DNA of 64,000 nucleotides from Clostridia bacterium. Its GTDB lineage: Bacteria; Bacillota; Clostridia; Oscillospirales; Acutalibacteraceae. The stretch's first letter is position 1. Every line of letters starts with the position of its first letter. Under the pieces are notes generated by a model. That model made no database searches and was not told the origin of the DNA. It worked only from the letters and a program-made list of their open reading frames with translations. The DNA lies in NCBI GenBank assembly GCA_017624675.1, contig JAGAMO010000015.1, forward strand, positions 5,420 through 69,419, written 5' to 3'. This document shows positions 30,059 to 40,431 of this stretch, in pieces. The position numbers and the translations under genes are program-made.

Positions 30059-32077
30059 ATGGGCTTTAAAAAGTGGGTGGTTTCTGAGTTTGATAAGCAA
30101 CTTGCTAAGGAATTAGCGGCAGAATGTGATGTTGACCCAATAGTTTCTCTAATTGCATCTTCGCGCGGATACTCTGACCCTATGGAACTTGAACAATTTT
30201 TGTCCGATGAGCCTGTGTTTTCAAATCCTTTTGTCACGGCTGATATTGTCTTGGCTTCAGAAATTATAAATGCCGCTATTGAGGACAATAGAAAAATTGC
30301 AGTCTTCGGTGATTATGACTGTGACGGTGTTGTTGCTACTGCATTGATGTTTAATTATCTTAAAAGCAGAAATGCCGACTGTATTTATTACATACCCGAC
30401 CGCTTTAAAGAAGGTTATGGTATGAATGAGGAATCGGTCTATGAATTGCAAAGTCAGGGTGTTCAGTTAATAATTACCGTTGATAACGGAATTTCTGCTA
30501 CCCACGAAATCAAACTTGCTAAAAGTTTAGGATTAGATGTTGTTGTAACCGACCACCATTTACCTAAAGAAACCTTACCTAAAGCAGATGCCGTTGTTGA
30601 CCCTTACCGCAGTGACTGTCCATCTGAGTTTAAGGAAATTTGCGGAGCAGAAGTGGCATTCAGGCTTATTTGTGTTATGGAAAACAAAGAGCCTGAGGAA
30701 CTTTTACCGTATTTTGCGGATATGTTGAGCCTAGCGGTTATTGCGGATATAATGCCCCTTACAATGGAAAACCGAAGCATTGTAAAATATGGTGTAAGGA
30801 AACTCAGAACATCTCCGTTAACTGGCCTTTCGGCACTGATGAGTGTTGCGGGGTTAGAGCAGAAAAGCATAACCGCAACTAGAATTGCTTTTGGACTTTG
30901 TCCACGCATAAATGCGGCGGGTAGAATGGGCGACGCTGCCCGTGCTGTAAAGCTTCTTACTTGCGATAATATGCTAACTGCTTTGGGTATTGCAAATGAA
31001 ATTGACAGTGAGAATACTTTGCGTCAACAAACCGAAAAATCTATTTTATGTGAAGCACTAAACTTGGTGAAAAGTAATGGTTATGCAAATCAAAGAGTAA
31101 TTGTTTGTGAAGGTAAAAACTGGCATCAGGGAATAATTGGTATTGTTGCGGCTAAAATAACCGAAAAATATGGAAAACCTACAGTTTTAATTACTGTTGA
31201 TGATGAAGGTAATGCTCACGGCTCGGGCAGAAGCATTGAAGGATTTCCACTGTTTGACGCTATTAAGAGTTGTGAAAATCTGCTACAAAAATTTGGCGGT
31301 CACGAGTCTGCAGCCGGTGTTAGTTTAAGACAAGAAAATATTGAGAAATTCAGGCAAAGTATTAATGAATTTGCTGAAAACATAGATTCGGTAGCACCTG
31401 TGCTACATATCGATTGCCGTCTTAATGTTTCGGCGCTAAGTGTGGATTTAGCATCAGCTTTAAAGTCTCTTGAGCCTTTCGGTGCAGGAAACCCTGTGCC
31501 CGTATTTGGTATTTGGGGTGTAAAGCTTGAAAGAATAATGCCTATATGCTCAGGCAAACACTTACGATTGCTTTTTAGCAAAGGCGCAAATACATTTACA
31601 GCAATGCTATTTTGTGTGGGTGTTGAAAGTTTTTGTTTTTCTGTAGGTGATGTTCTAGATTTAGCTGTCACTTTAGATGAAAATATATATAAAGGCGAGC
31701 TAAATCTTACCATTAATATCAAAGCCTTAAGAATGAACGGTACTGACGACGAAAAACTGTTTGAAAGTTTATATCTTTGGGAAAAAGCGGCTAACAAAAT
31801 GGAAGCCGATTTTACTGCAATTTGTCCCACAAGAGAAGAAGTGGGAGCGGTTTATAGATATGCGCTACAAGGTGAAGTATTGCTTGATAAGATTAAGTAT
31901 AATTTTGTAAATTCTCTCGGCTTAGGCAAGACTTTGGCCTGTACCAAAATTTTAGAAGAACTGAATTTAATTAAAATAACAGAAAAAGGTCTCGCTTTAG
32001 CTATTAAAACAAATGAAAAAACTAATTTGGAGTTATCTGATACATATAAATTTTTAAAGGAGGGGGAGAAAATATGA
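30059..32077 (+). CDS. recJ: Single-stranded-DNA-specific exonuclease RecJ
   Basis: DHH motifs (VFGDYDCDGV, TVDNG, VTDHH) and a DHHA1 motif (GGHESAAG). RBS AAGGAG precedes the ATG at 30059. Confidence 0.9.
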   Translation: MGFKKWVVSEFDKQLAKELAAECDVDPIVSLIASSRGYSDPMELEQFLSDEPVFSNPFVTADIVLASEIINAAIEDNRKIAVFGDYDCDGVVATALMFNYLKSRNADCIYYIPDRFKEGYGMNEESVYELQSQGVQLIITVDNGISATHEIKLAKSLGLDVVVTDHHLPKETLPKADAVVDPYRSDCPSEFKEICGAEVAFRLICVMENKEPEELLPYFADMLSLAVIADIMPLTMENRSIVKYGVRKLRTSPLTGLSALMSVAGLEQKSITATRIAFGLCPRINAAGRMGDAARAVKLLTCDNMLTALGIANEIDSENTLRQQTEKSILCEALNLVKSNGYANQRVIVCEGKNWHQGIIGIVAAKITEKYGKPTVLITVDDEGNAHGSGRSIEGFPLFDAIKSCENLLQKFGGHESAAGVSLRQENIEKFRQSINEFAENIDSVAPVLHIDCRLNVSALSVDLASALKSLEPFGAGNPVPVFGIWGVKLERIMPICSGKHLRLLFSKGANTFTAMLFCVGVESFCFSVGDVLDLAVTLDENIYKGELNLTINIKALRMNGTDDEKLFESLYLWEKAANKMEADFTAICPTREEVGAVYRYALQGEVLLDKIKYNFVNSLGLGKTLACTKILEELNLIKITEKGLALAIKTNEKTNLELSDTYKFLKEGEKI

Positions 32078-34266
32078 ACGCCGAACAGATTAAGAATTAT
32101 GAAGAATTATTGCAATGTATGGAAAAATTCGGTTCAAAGTACAACTTAGACCTAGTCAAAAAAGCCTATGAGTGGTGTGTTATGGCACATGAGGGTCAAA
32201 AACGCCGCACTAATGAAGATTATTATATTCACCCCTTCAATGTTGCTAAAATAATTGTTTCTTTAGGACTTGACAGCGAGTCTATTGCTGCCGCACTTTT
32301 GCACGATGTTATTGAGGATACAAAATATACCTCTGAGGATATTATTCGTGAGTTTGGTGCAGAGGTAGAACTTTTGGTTGACGGTGTAACCAAAATTGGA
32401 CGACTTAATTTCTCTTCTAAAGAACAGCAACAGGCAGAGTCTTTAAGAAAAATGCTTATTGCTATGGGTAAGGATATAAGGGTTATTATCATAAAACTAG
32501 CCGACCGACTCCATAACATGAGAACTCTTGATGCTATGCCTGACCAAAAGCAAAGAGATATTTCGGTTGAAACCTTAGAGGTTTATGCACCTATTGCGCA
32601 CCGCTTGGGTATCAGACCCGTTAAAGAGGAACTTGAAGACCTTTCTATCAGACACCTCGACCCCGTAGGTTACAGTGAAATTGAAAATCTTTTGGCTCTT
32701 AGAAAACCACAACGTGAAGAGGTTTTAGAGGAAATTAAAAGTAATATAGCCATAAGACTGAAAACTGAAATGCCCGATGTTAAAATGAAGTTCCAAAGCC
32801 GTGTTAAATCTATACACGGAATATACCGCAAGATGTATAATCAGGGCAGGGACTTCGACGAAATTTATGATATTTACGCTATTCGCATTATTACCGACAG
32901 TGTTGCTAACTGCTACAATATTTTAGGTATAATGCACGATATGTTCCGTCCTATTCCTAATAGATTTAAGGACTATATATCTACACCTAAGCCTAATATG
33001 TATCAATCGCTTCATACCACAGTTATCGGTCGTGCTGGAATACCCTTTGAAATTCAAATAAGAACTGCCGAAATGCATCATACTGCAGAATTTGGTATTG
33101 CGGCACACTGGAAATATAAAGAGGGTGTTACCGAAAATAACGACAGTATGAACGAGCGTCTTTCTTGGATTAGACAAATTCTCGAAAGTCAAGATTCGGC
33201 TAATGACCCAAGCGAACTTGTTCGCAGTATTAAGGTTGATTTATCAGAAGAAGATGTTTTCGCCGTTACACCTAAGGGCGATGTTATAAACCTACCCGTT
33301 GGTGCCACTATTGTTGACTTTGCTTTTGCAATACACTCGGCAGTTGGCATTAAAATGGTTGGTGCAAAGGTTAACGGTAAAATCGTTCAGATTAACCATA
33401 AAATTAAAACGGGTGAAGTAATTGAAATTTTAACAACCAATCAAGAGGGTAGAGGTCCCAGTCGAGATTGGCTTAATATTGCAGTAACCTCAAGTGCAAA
33501 GGCAAAAATTCGCTCTTGGTTTAAAAAGGAAAAAAGAGAGGAAAATATTGCCGAGGGTAAACTTGAACTAGAAAGAGAAATTCGCAAAAATCAAATCAAT
33601 TTCCGTGATGGAGAATACGAGGAGTATATCGAAAATCTTTCTCATAAGCTTAAATTCGCAAATCCTGACGAGTTTTATGCGGCTATTGGATACGGCGGTC
33701 TTTCTCTTTCAAAAACCGTTACACGCATAAAAGAGGACGCAAATAAGCGAAATGCTGCAGCAAAGAATCTCAATACAGTACCCAAAACAGTTGCTCGTCA
33801 GACAAAATCAAGCGAGGGTGTTATTGTTGAGGGGATTGATAACTGCTTAGTTAAACTTTCTAAATGCTGTAATCCCTTGCCCGGCGAGGATATTATCGGA
33901 TTTATCACAAGGGGTCACGGTGTTTCTATCCATAAGCGTGACTGCAATAATGTGCCTCGCATTATTTCCGAAGCACAAGAGCCCGAAAGATGGATTAATG
34001 CCTACTGGGATAATAAGAATAGCGAAAGCTTTACCTCTACTTTACAGGCAATGCTTATAAACCGTGACGGTGTTGTAATTGACGTTATGAACGCACTTAA
34101 TAATATGAGAGTGCCTGTTCACAGCATTAATGCAAAGGAAATGAAAGACGGAAATTGCTCTGTAATGATGACTGTAAGCGCTGAAAGTATTGAGCATTTA
34201 AGAAGCATTATCGCCCGTCTTGAGAAAATTGAGGGTGCGTACCACGTGGAAAGGATTAACCAGTAA
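32074..34266 (+). CDS. relA: Bifunctional (p)ppGpp synthetase/hydrolase RelA/SpoT
   Basis: HD domain (HPFNVA...LHDVIEDT), synthetase domain (YRSLHTTV-like YQSLHTTVIG), and TGS and ACT C-terminal domains. 730 aa. Confidence 0.95.
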   Translation: MNAEQIKNYEELLQCMEKFGSKYNLDLVKKAYEWCVMAHEGQKRRTNEDYYIHPFNVAKIIVSLGLDSESIAAALLHDVIEDTKYTSEDIIREFGAEVELLVDGVTKIGRLNFSSKEQQQAESLRKMLIAMGKDIRVIIIKLADRLHNMRTLDAMPDQKQRDISVETLEVYAPIAHRLGIRPVKEELEDLSIRHLDPVGYSEIENLLALRKPQREEVLEEIKSNIAIRLKTEMPDVKMKFQSRVKSIHGIYRKMYNQGRDFDEIYDIYAIRIITDSVANCYNILGIMHDMFRPIPNRFKDYISTPKPNMYQSLHTTVIGRAGIPFEIQIRTAEMHHTAEFGIAAHWKYKEGVTENNDSMNERLSWIRQILESQDSANDPSELVRSIKVDLSEEDVFAVTPKGDVINLPVGATIVDFAFAIHSAVGIKMVGAKVNGKIVQINHKIKTGEVIEILTTNQEGRGPSRDWLNIAVTSSAKAKIRSWFKKEKREENIAEGKLELEREIRKNQINFRDGEYEEYIENLSHKLKFANPDEFYAAIGYGGLSLSKTVTRIKEDANKRNAAAKNLNTVPKTVARQTKSSEGVIVEGIDNCLVKLSKCCNPLPGEDIIGFITRGHGVSIHKRDCNNVPRIISEAQEPERWINAYWDNKNSESFTSTLQAMLINRDGVVIDVMNALNNMRVPVHSINAKEMKDGNCSVMMTVSAESIEHLRSIIARLEKIEGAYHVERINQ

Positions 34267-34724
34267 TGAAGGCTGTTATTCAAAGAGTTTCTTCTGCTTC
34301 GGTTAGCGTTGAAGGCGAAGTTGTTGGAAACTGTCAAAAAGGCTATATGATTTTGTTCGGTGCCGAGAAGGGCGACAGTGAAAAAGAAGCCGAGCTTTTA
34401 GCTCGAAAGGTTTCGGCTTTAAGGATTTTTGCCGACGATGATGATAAAATGAATTTGTCAATACTTGATGTAGACGGTGAGGTTTTGGCAATTTCGCAGT
34501 TTACTCTTTTGGCAGATGTAAAGAAAGGGAACAGACCCTCCTTTATAAACGCTTTGGAACCCCAAAGAGCAAACGAACTTTATGAGTATTTTTGCGAGTG
34601 TTTGAAAAACTTAGGCATAAAAAAGGTTGCCAAAGGTATTTTTGGCGCCGATATGCAGGTAAGCCTTATAAACGATGGACCTGTGACAATCCTTTATGAT
34701 ACAGATATTTGGAGTAAAAATTAA
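34266..34724 (+). CDS. dtd: D-aminoacyl-tRNA deacylase
   Basis: MKAVIQRV...SQFTLLAD...NDGPVT are canonical Dtd motifs. Start and stop overlap the neighbouring genes. Confidence 0.95.
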   Translation: MKAVIQRVSSASVSVEGEVVGNCQKGYMILFGAEKGDSEKEAELLARKVSALRIFADDDDKMNLSILDVDGEVLAISQFTLLADVKKGNRPSFINALEPQRANELYEYFCECLKNLGIKKVAKGIFGADMQVSLINDGPVTILYDTDIWSKN

Positions 34725-35332
34725 TGAAAATAACCCCTTTAAATATATGGATGACAAATTGTTATCTTATTGAGACCGAAAAAACGGCAATTATCATTGA
34801 CCCCGCGTTTAAAAGACAAAAATTAGTGGACTTTTTAAAAGAAAACGAGCATAAGGAAAGACTTGTTTTAATTACTCACGGTCATTTTGACCATATTGGC
34901 GGTGCTGTAAATCTTCGTGAAGAAACGGGAGTTAAAATAGGTATAGGAGCTTTGGATAATCCCGCTTTGTCAGATGATGATTTAAATTGCGCGGCTAGTT
35001 TTAATCGCAGTTTAACCCCCTTTGACGCAGACTATTTGTATAACGACGGAGATATTGTCAAAGTTGGGGATATAGAGTTAAAGGTTATTGCTACTCCTGG
35101 TCATACTGTTGGCGGAGTTTCTTATACGACCGAAAACCTTGTGTTTACGGGAGATACTTTGTTTAAAGTTTCCGTTGGAAGAACAGATTTTGCAGGTGGA
35201 GATTTCAGTGTTTTAGAGAAATCTATTAAAAAGCTTTATACCTTACCCGATGAAACAGTGGTTTATCCAGGACACGGAGAAAGCACTACTATCGGTTTTG
35301 AAAAGCAAAACAACCCCTTTGTGAGGCTTTAA
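34724..35332 (+). CDS. MBL-fold hydrolase (glyoxalase II-like)
   Basis: THGHFDHIGG, TPGHT and GDTLF motifs. 202 aa. Confidence 0.8.
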   Translation: MKITPLNIWMTNCYLIETEKTAIIIDPAFKRQKLVDFLKENEHKERLVLITHGHFDHIGGAVNLREETGVKIGIGALDNPALSDDDLNCAASFNRSLTPFDADYLYNDGDIVKVGDIELKVIATPGHTVGGVSYTTENLVFTGDTLFKVSVGRTDFAGGDFSVLEKSIKKLYTLPDETVVYPGHGESTTIGFEKQNNPFVRL

Positions 35333-35335
35333 AAT

Positions 35336-36793
35336 ATGAATTTGTGTTTAATAGGTCATAATTTTCGTTACGAACTTGAAAAGTTGGTGCGAATTTTTAT
35401 GCCCTTTGAAAAAATCGAGTTTTTTGATACGGAAGTTTCTGCCGAGTGCTTTGCGGTTACAGTTTTAAGCGAAAATACCGCTAAAGCATACTTAAAACTT
35501 TATGAAAAAACTGCAGAATGTGAAACCAAACTTGAAAGTCAGGACCCTAAAGAACAGGAACTGAAACTGGCTATTGCACTTTTTGAGTGTTTTGTGGAAC
35601 TTACAAATTATAAGCCACAATGGGGAATTTTAACGGGTGTCAGACCCGCCAAGCTTTTTTCAAGGCTTTTAAAAACCGATGGTTTAGAAAATACAAGAAG
35701 ATATTTTAGGGATTATTTAAAGGTTAGCGAGAAGAAAATTTCGCTTTGCGAAAAGACCCATAAAGATGAAGAAAACATCACAAGTCTTTCAAAAAGCAAT
35801 TCATTTAGTCTTTATGTTTCGGTGCCTTTTTGTCCCACAAGATGCTCTTATTGCTCCTTCGTTTCCCACAGCGTTATGCAGGCAAAAAAACTGATACCTC
35901 AATATGTTGAATTTTTGTGTGAAGAAATTAAAAAAAGCGGCAAAATTGCAAGTGATTTGGGTCTTAATTTAGAAACAATTTACATAGGCGGCGGAACTCC
36001 CACAACGCTTGACGCCGAGCAGTTGACGAGGGTTATGAAGACTGTTTCTTCAAGTTTTGATTTAAGCAATTTAAGGGAATACACTGTAGAGGCAGGAAGA
36101 CCTGACACTATAACTGCCGAAAAGTTAATTGCCATTAAAAACGGCGGTGCTACAAGAATTAGCATTAATCCGCAAACAATGAATGACGCGGTTTTAAAGG
36201 AAATTGGCAGACAGCATACAGCTATTCAGACTATAGAAGCCTTTAATCTTGCAAGAGGTTTGGGGTTTGACAATATTAATATGGATTTAATTGCGGGTTT
36301 GCCAACCGATACCTTAGAAAGCTTTAAAGACACAGTTAATGCGATTTTAAAACTTGACCCCGAAAGTGTAACCGTTCACTCTCTTTCTATGAAGAGGGCG
36401 GCAACTCTTTCAACTACAGGTCAGTTACCCGAAATTGAGATAGGCAAGACGGCAAGTGATATGGTTGACTTTGCCTGTGAAACCTTGAGTCAAAAGGGAA
36501 TAGAACCATATTATATGTATAGACAAAGCAAAACTGTAGGAAATCTTGAAAATGTAGGCTACGCCAAAAAAGGATATGAGTGTTTATATAATGTTTATAT
36601 AATGGATGAAACACATACAATTTTGGGTTGCGGTGCTTCTGCTGTCACAAAACTCAGAGAGCCTGATGGTGAATTAATTGAGCGTATTTTTAATTTTAAA
36701 TACCCATATGAATATCTTAGCCGTTTTTTGGAGATAATTTCCAGAAAAGACGGTATAAATAAATTTTATGAAAGATTCAAGGAGGAAATGTGA
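35336..36793 (+). CDS. hemZ: Radical-SAM coproporphyrinogen dehydrogenase HemZ-like protein
   Basis: CPTRCSYCSF radical-SAM cluster motif, a HemN-like core, and the HemZ-type N-terminal extension (FRYELEKL). Confidence 0.75.
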   Translation: MNLCLIGHNFRYELEKLVRIFMPFEKIEFFDTEVSAECFAVTVLSENTAKAYLKLYEKTAECETKLESQDPKEQELKLAIALFECFVELTNYKPQWGILTGVRPAKLFSRLLKTDGLENTRRYFRDYLKVSEKKISLCEKTHKDEENITSLSKSNSFSLYVSVPFCPTRCSYCSFVSHSVMQAKKLIPQYVEFLCEEIKKSGKIASDLGLNLETIYIGGGTPTTLDAEQLTRVMKTVSSSFDLSNLREYTVEAGRPDTITAEKLIAIKNGGATRISINPQTMNDAVLKEIGRQHTAIQTIEAFNLARGLGFDNINMDLIAGLPTDTLESFKDTVNAILKLDPESVTVHSLSMKRAATLSTTGQLPEIEIGKTASDMVDFACETLSQKGIEPYYMYRQSKTVGNLENVGYAKKGYECLYNVYIMDETHTILGCGASAVTKLREPDGELIERIFNFKYPYEYLSRFLEIISRKDGINKFYERFKEEM

Positions 36794-37065
36794 TGGATTT
36801 TTTTGAAAATGCTGTTAACAAAGCTAAGGATGTTTTTGATGTAGCCTGTAAAAAGACCGAAGAGGTTGTAAATACAGGTAAGGTTAAATTAGAAATAGCA
36901 ACTCTTGAAAACAAATTGTCTAAGGATTTCGAAGCCTTGGGTAGAATTTATTTCGAGCAAATCAAAGAAACTGATTGTATGGACGAGGTACATAGTCTTA
37001 AATGTGCTATATTTGAAAAGCAAGAAAAAATAGCAAAGTTAAAAGAGGAATTGGATAATCAATGA
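36790..37065 (+). CDS. Small coiled-coil hypothetical protein
   Basis: 91 aa and Lys/Glu-rich. Both ends overlap neighbouring genes by 4 nt (ATGA), consistent with translational coupling. No family recognised. Confidence 0.4.
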   Translation: MMDFFENAVNKAKDVFDVACKKTEEVVNTGKVKLEIATLENKLSKDFEALGRIYFEQIKETDCMDEVHSLKCAIFEKQEKIAKLKEELDNQ

Positions 37066-37769
37066 GCAATTTGAAAATAGCTGTTATTGTGGCAGATGCA
37101 GACGAATATTTACCCTTTGCCGAAAGAGTTGAAAAAGGTGAATATGAAGACTATTCTTTTTTAGGGAGAAAGGGTCATGAATTCACTGTTAATACCGAAA
37201 AGGGAACGGCCGAGGTTTATTCCTTGCATTGCGGAATTGGTATGGTTAACGCGGCTGCTGCTGCCGCACATTTTGCAACCTTAGGTGTTGATGTTATTTT
37301 AAATTACGGTCTTTCGGGTGGTATAAGCGGTATCAGAAAGGGCGAGTTCACACTTGGTACAAAGTTTTTTGAGCACGATTTTGACCTTACCGCTATTGGA
37401 TATAAACCTTATGAAAAACCCGGTCAGAATTATATTTATGTGGCTGACGAGCGTCTTAATGATTTAATGAAAAAATTGTATCCTGAGGTTAAGAAGGGTG
37501 TTGCTGTTTCGGGAGACAGTTTCATTTGCGACGATAACGTTAGAAATACGCTTAAAAATGATTTCGGCGCAATGTCTTGCGATATGGAAACAGGCGCTAT
37601 CTCCTATGTTTGCAATTTTGCAGATATTCCTTTCCTCAGTTTAAGGCGCATTTCCGACGACGCAGGGGACGACGCTAACACAAGCTATAAAGATATGGTA
37701 GGAAATTCAGAAATGCAGATGTCAGATATGATTTTTGAATTTTTACCACATATTATTAATGAGTTATGA
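37062..37769 (+). CDS. mtnN: 5'-methylthioadenosine/S-adenosylhomocysteine nucleosidase
   Basis: Pfs-like: KIAVIVA..., GIGMVNAAAAAA, SGDSF, CDMETGAI. Confidence 0.8.
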   Translation: MSNLKIAVIVADADEYLPFAERVEKGEYEDYSFLGRKGHEFTVNTEKGTAEVYSLHCGIGMVNAAAAAAHFATLGVDVILNYGLSGGISGIRKGEFTLGTKFFEHDFDLTAIGYKPYEKPGQNYIYVADERLNDLMKKLYPEVKKGVAVSGDSFICDDNVRNTLKNDFGAMSCDMETGAISYVCNFADIPFLSLRRISDDAGDDANTSYKDMVGNSEMQMSDMIFEFLPHIINEL

Positions 37770-39373
37770 GTAAAAGAGAGCAAAATTTAACACAAGCGGG
37801 AACTATATTACTTCTTTCTGCAATTATTGTAAAATTAATAGGCGCTTTATTTAAGATACCGCTATCCTCTGACTATGCCTTAGGTGACTTGGGTTTCGGC
37901 TATTTTTCTGCCGTGTATGATTTATATACACCTATATATACTTTGGCTTTGTCGGGTTTTCCCGTTGCGATAGCTAAAATCACCGCCGATATAACATCAA
38001 AGAACGATATAAACAGTGAGGCAAGACTTCATTTTTCGGCTTTGAAATTGGTCTTTCTAATAGGAATAATAGTCACTTTTCTTTTTTGCGCCATAACATT
38101 TCCTATGATTCTTTTACAAAGTGAAAACAAAAGCGCTGTTTTCGGTATAATTGCTATTGCACCGTCGGTACTTGTTTGCAGTATCGTGTCGGTTTACAGG
38201 GGATATTTCGAGGGAAGAAAGAATATGTTTCCTCCCGCTATCTCTAATATTATTGAAGCCCTTGGCAAACTTGTTTTAGGACTTTTGGGTGCAATTATTA
38301 CTGTAAAACTAACGAAAAATCCCGCTCTTGCTTCTGCGGCGGCACTTTTAGGTATAACTTTGGGTACGGTAGTGTCATTGATTTATATCAAACTCAGATA
38401 TAATAAAGACAATCGCTTTGTTTGTGTTTCTGCTGAGGATAAAAAGTATCAAAGCGGAATGCGAAAAGAATTATTAGCAATCATTATTCCCGTTGCTATC
38501 GCATCACTTTCTATGGGAATCGTGGGGCTTATTGATTCCCTAACATTAAGACCTTTACTTCATGCTCTTTTGCAAAAAAACAATGAGTATGGTGAGATAC
38601 TCCTTGCAGGGACAAGTTATAAAAATGTCAGTATATCCGAAATTTCAACAATAATTTACGGTATCAAGAGTAAAGCACACACACTGTTTCATTTAGCCCC
38701 CACCCTTACTATGTCTTTTGGCATTGGAGCAGTACCGCTTGTTACTCAGTATTTCGCAGTCAAAGACAAAGAAAATGTAAAGAAAAATGTGGATTCCTGC
38801 CTTAAGTTTTCGGCTGTTTTATCAATGCCCATTGCTTTAGGTTGCCTCTTTTTAAGCTTTGGAATAATGACACTTCTTTACAGTGATAAATCTGCTGTTT
38901 TGGGTGGTAGAATTTTGCAACTTTATAGCATAGCCTCTCTATTTGCGGCGCTTACTATTCCTACAACAGCATTGCTTCAGGGAATATCCCGTCAAAAAGA
39001 GGCACTTATAAGTATTGGAACAGGCGTTGCATTAAAATTGATACTTAATTTAATTTTAGTTCCAACTATCTCTTTTAATGTATACGGCGCTGTTATTGCT
39101 TCACTTATATGTTTTGGTGTAACCTTTCTTTTGAATTTGATTTTCTTGATAAAGGGTTTGGGTTTTGTACCTGATGTTATAGGAACGCTTGTAAAGCCCT
39201 TAATTGCGGCTTTAGTTTGCACAGTAACCGCGTATTTTGTGGGTAATATGATTACCACAAATTTTGGTACTGTTTTGGCAATTGGCTTTGCTGGTATTAT
39301 ATATGTCGTTTTTTTATTACTCTTAAAGGTTATTACAGTTAACGATGCTAAAGAATTATTGAAAATTAATTAA
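37766..39373 (+). CDS. MOP-superfamily flippase (SpoVB / polysaccharide biosynthesis protein-like)
   Basis: 535 aa with about 14 predicted TM segments. The N-terminus (GTILLLSAIIVKLIGALFKIPL) is typical of SpoVB/MurJ-like proteins. Confidence 0.65.
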   Translation: MSKREQNLTQAGTILLLSAIIVKLIGALFKIPLSSDYALGDLGFGYFSAVYDLYTPIYTLALSGFPVAIAKITADITSKNDINSEARLHFSALKLVFLIGIIVTFLFCAITFPMILLQSENKSAVFGIIAIAPSVLVCSIVSVYRGYFEGRKNMFPPAISNIIEALGKLVLGLLGAIITVKLTKNPALASAAALLGITLGTVVSLIYIKLRYNKDNRFVCVSAEDKKYQSGMRKELLAIIIPVAIASLSMGIVGLIDSLTLRPLLHALLQKNNEYGEILLAGTSYKNVSISEISTIIYGIKSKAHTLFHLAPTLTMSFGIGAVPLVTQYFAVKDKENVKKNVDSCLKFSAVLSMPIALGCLFLSFGIMTLLYSDKSAVLGGRILQLYSIASLFAALTIPTTALLQGISRQKEALISIGTGVALKLILNLILVPTISFNVYGAVIASLICFGVTFLLNLIFLIKGLGFVPDVIGTLVKPLIAALVCTVTAYFVGNMITTNFGTVLAIGFAGIIYVVFLLLLKVITVNDAKELLKIN

Positions 39374-39508
39374 AAAAGCATAACAATTATGTATTTTTAA
39401 AAAAATGTCAAAAATCTATTGATTTTTTGGAAAAAGTATAGTAATATTATATAGTACTAATAATCCTATAGGTAAGGAAAATTATAAAAAAGATGGAGGT
39501 TCATAATT

Positions 39509-39781
39509 ATGAACAAAACAGAATTAGTAGCTGCAATTGCTGATAAGGCTGGCATTGCAAAGAAAGATGCTGAAAAGGCTCTTGCTGCTTTTGTTGACAC
39601 TGTTTCCGGTGAATTAAAGGCTGGCGGCAAAATTCAACTCGTAGGTTTCGGTACTTTTGAGGTTCGCGCTCGTGCTGCAAGAACCGGTAAAAACCCCAGA
39701 ACCGGTGAGAAGATTAATATTGCTGCTTCCAAGAATCCCGTTTTCAAGGCTGGTAAAGCTTTAAAAGACGCTATCAACTAA
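39509..39781 (+). CDS. hup: HU-family DNA-binding protein
   Basis: MNKTELV...[24 protein letters not shown] is canonical HU. Confidence 0.95.
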   Translation: MNKTELVAAIADKAGIAKKDAEKALAAFVDTVSGELKAGGKIQLVGFGTFEVRARAARTGKNPRTGEKINIAASKNPVFKAGKALKDAIN

Positions 39782-39794
39782 TTGATTGATTTTT

Positions 39795-39826
39795 TTAGCC
39801 GCCTATATATGGCGGCTAAAATTTTG
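39795..39826 (+). terminator. Intrinsic terminator after hup
   Basis: TTAGCCGCC-TATATAT-GGCGGCTAA followed by AATTTT. Confidence 0.7.
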
Positions 39827-39834
39827 GAGAAAAT

Positions 39835-40074
39835 ATGAGACTTGATAAGTATTTAAAGGTTTCGCGTATTATTAAAAGGAGAACTGTTGCTAACGAAGCC
39901 TGTGATGCAGGTAGAGTGACGGTTAACGGCAAGGTTGCCCGAGCATCTTATGATGTTAAAATAGGGGATATAATTGAAATCTCCTTTGGAACAAGAAACT
40001 TTAAGGCACAGGTTACCGCCGTTAACGAAGTTGTTAAAAAAGACGACGCGCAAAACCTATATATTCTTTTGTGA
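39835..40074 (+). CDS. S4-domain RNA-binding protein (YabO/Hsp15-like)
   Basis: MRLDKYLKVSRIIKRR...V.VNGK is a typical S4 fold. Position is before yabP, as in Bacillus. Confidence 0.85.
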   Translation: MRLDKYLKVSRIIKRRTVANEACDAGRVTVNGKVARASYDVKIGDIIEISFGTRNFKAQVTAVNEVVKKDDAQNLYILL

Positions 40075-40076
40075 TT

Positions 40077-40100
40077 AAACCGCTTTAAAAGCGGTTTTTT
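40077..40100 (+). terminator. Intrinsic terminator
   Basis: AAACCGC-TTTAAAA-GCGGTTT followed by TTT. Confidence 0.65.
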
Positions 40101-40159
40101 GCATATTTAATTCCCTTTTTTAATATATTTTAAGAGAAAATATATTAGGAGGAAAACTA

Positions 40160-40429
40160 GTGGAAGAGGGTATTCGTAAAAGCCACAATATAATCGTAGA
40201 GGACCGCAAAAAATTTACATTAACAGGTGTTAAAGAAGTTCTTTCTTTTGATGAAAATGAAATTTCTCTTGATACTGTGCTCGGCAAGGTTTCTCTGAAA
40301 GGTGAGGAGTTAAAACTTGGACAGTTTGATACTCAAAAGGGTGATATTTCTGGCTCGGGTAAAATATATGCTTTTGTTTACACTGGGGAAGAGTCAAGCG
40401 GTGGCTTTTTTTCCCGTCTGTTTAAATAA
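40160..40429 (+). CDS. yabP: Sporulation protein YabP
   Basis: HNIIVEDRKKFTLTGVKEVLSFDENEI...LKGEELKL is characteristic of YabP. GTG start with RBS AGGAGG. Confidence 0.85.
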   Translation: MEEGIRKSHNIIVEDRKKFTLTGVKEVLSFDENEISLDTVLGKVSLKGEELKLGQFDTQKGDISGSGKIYAFVYTGEESSGGFFSRLFK

Positions 40430-40431
40430 TT

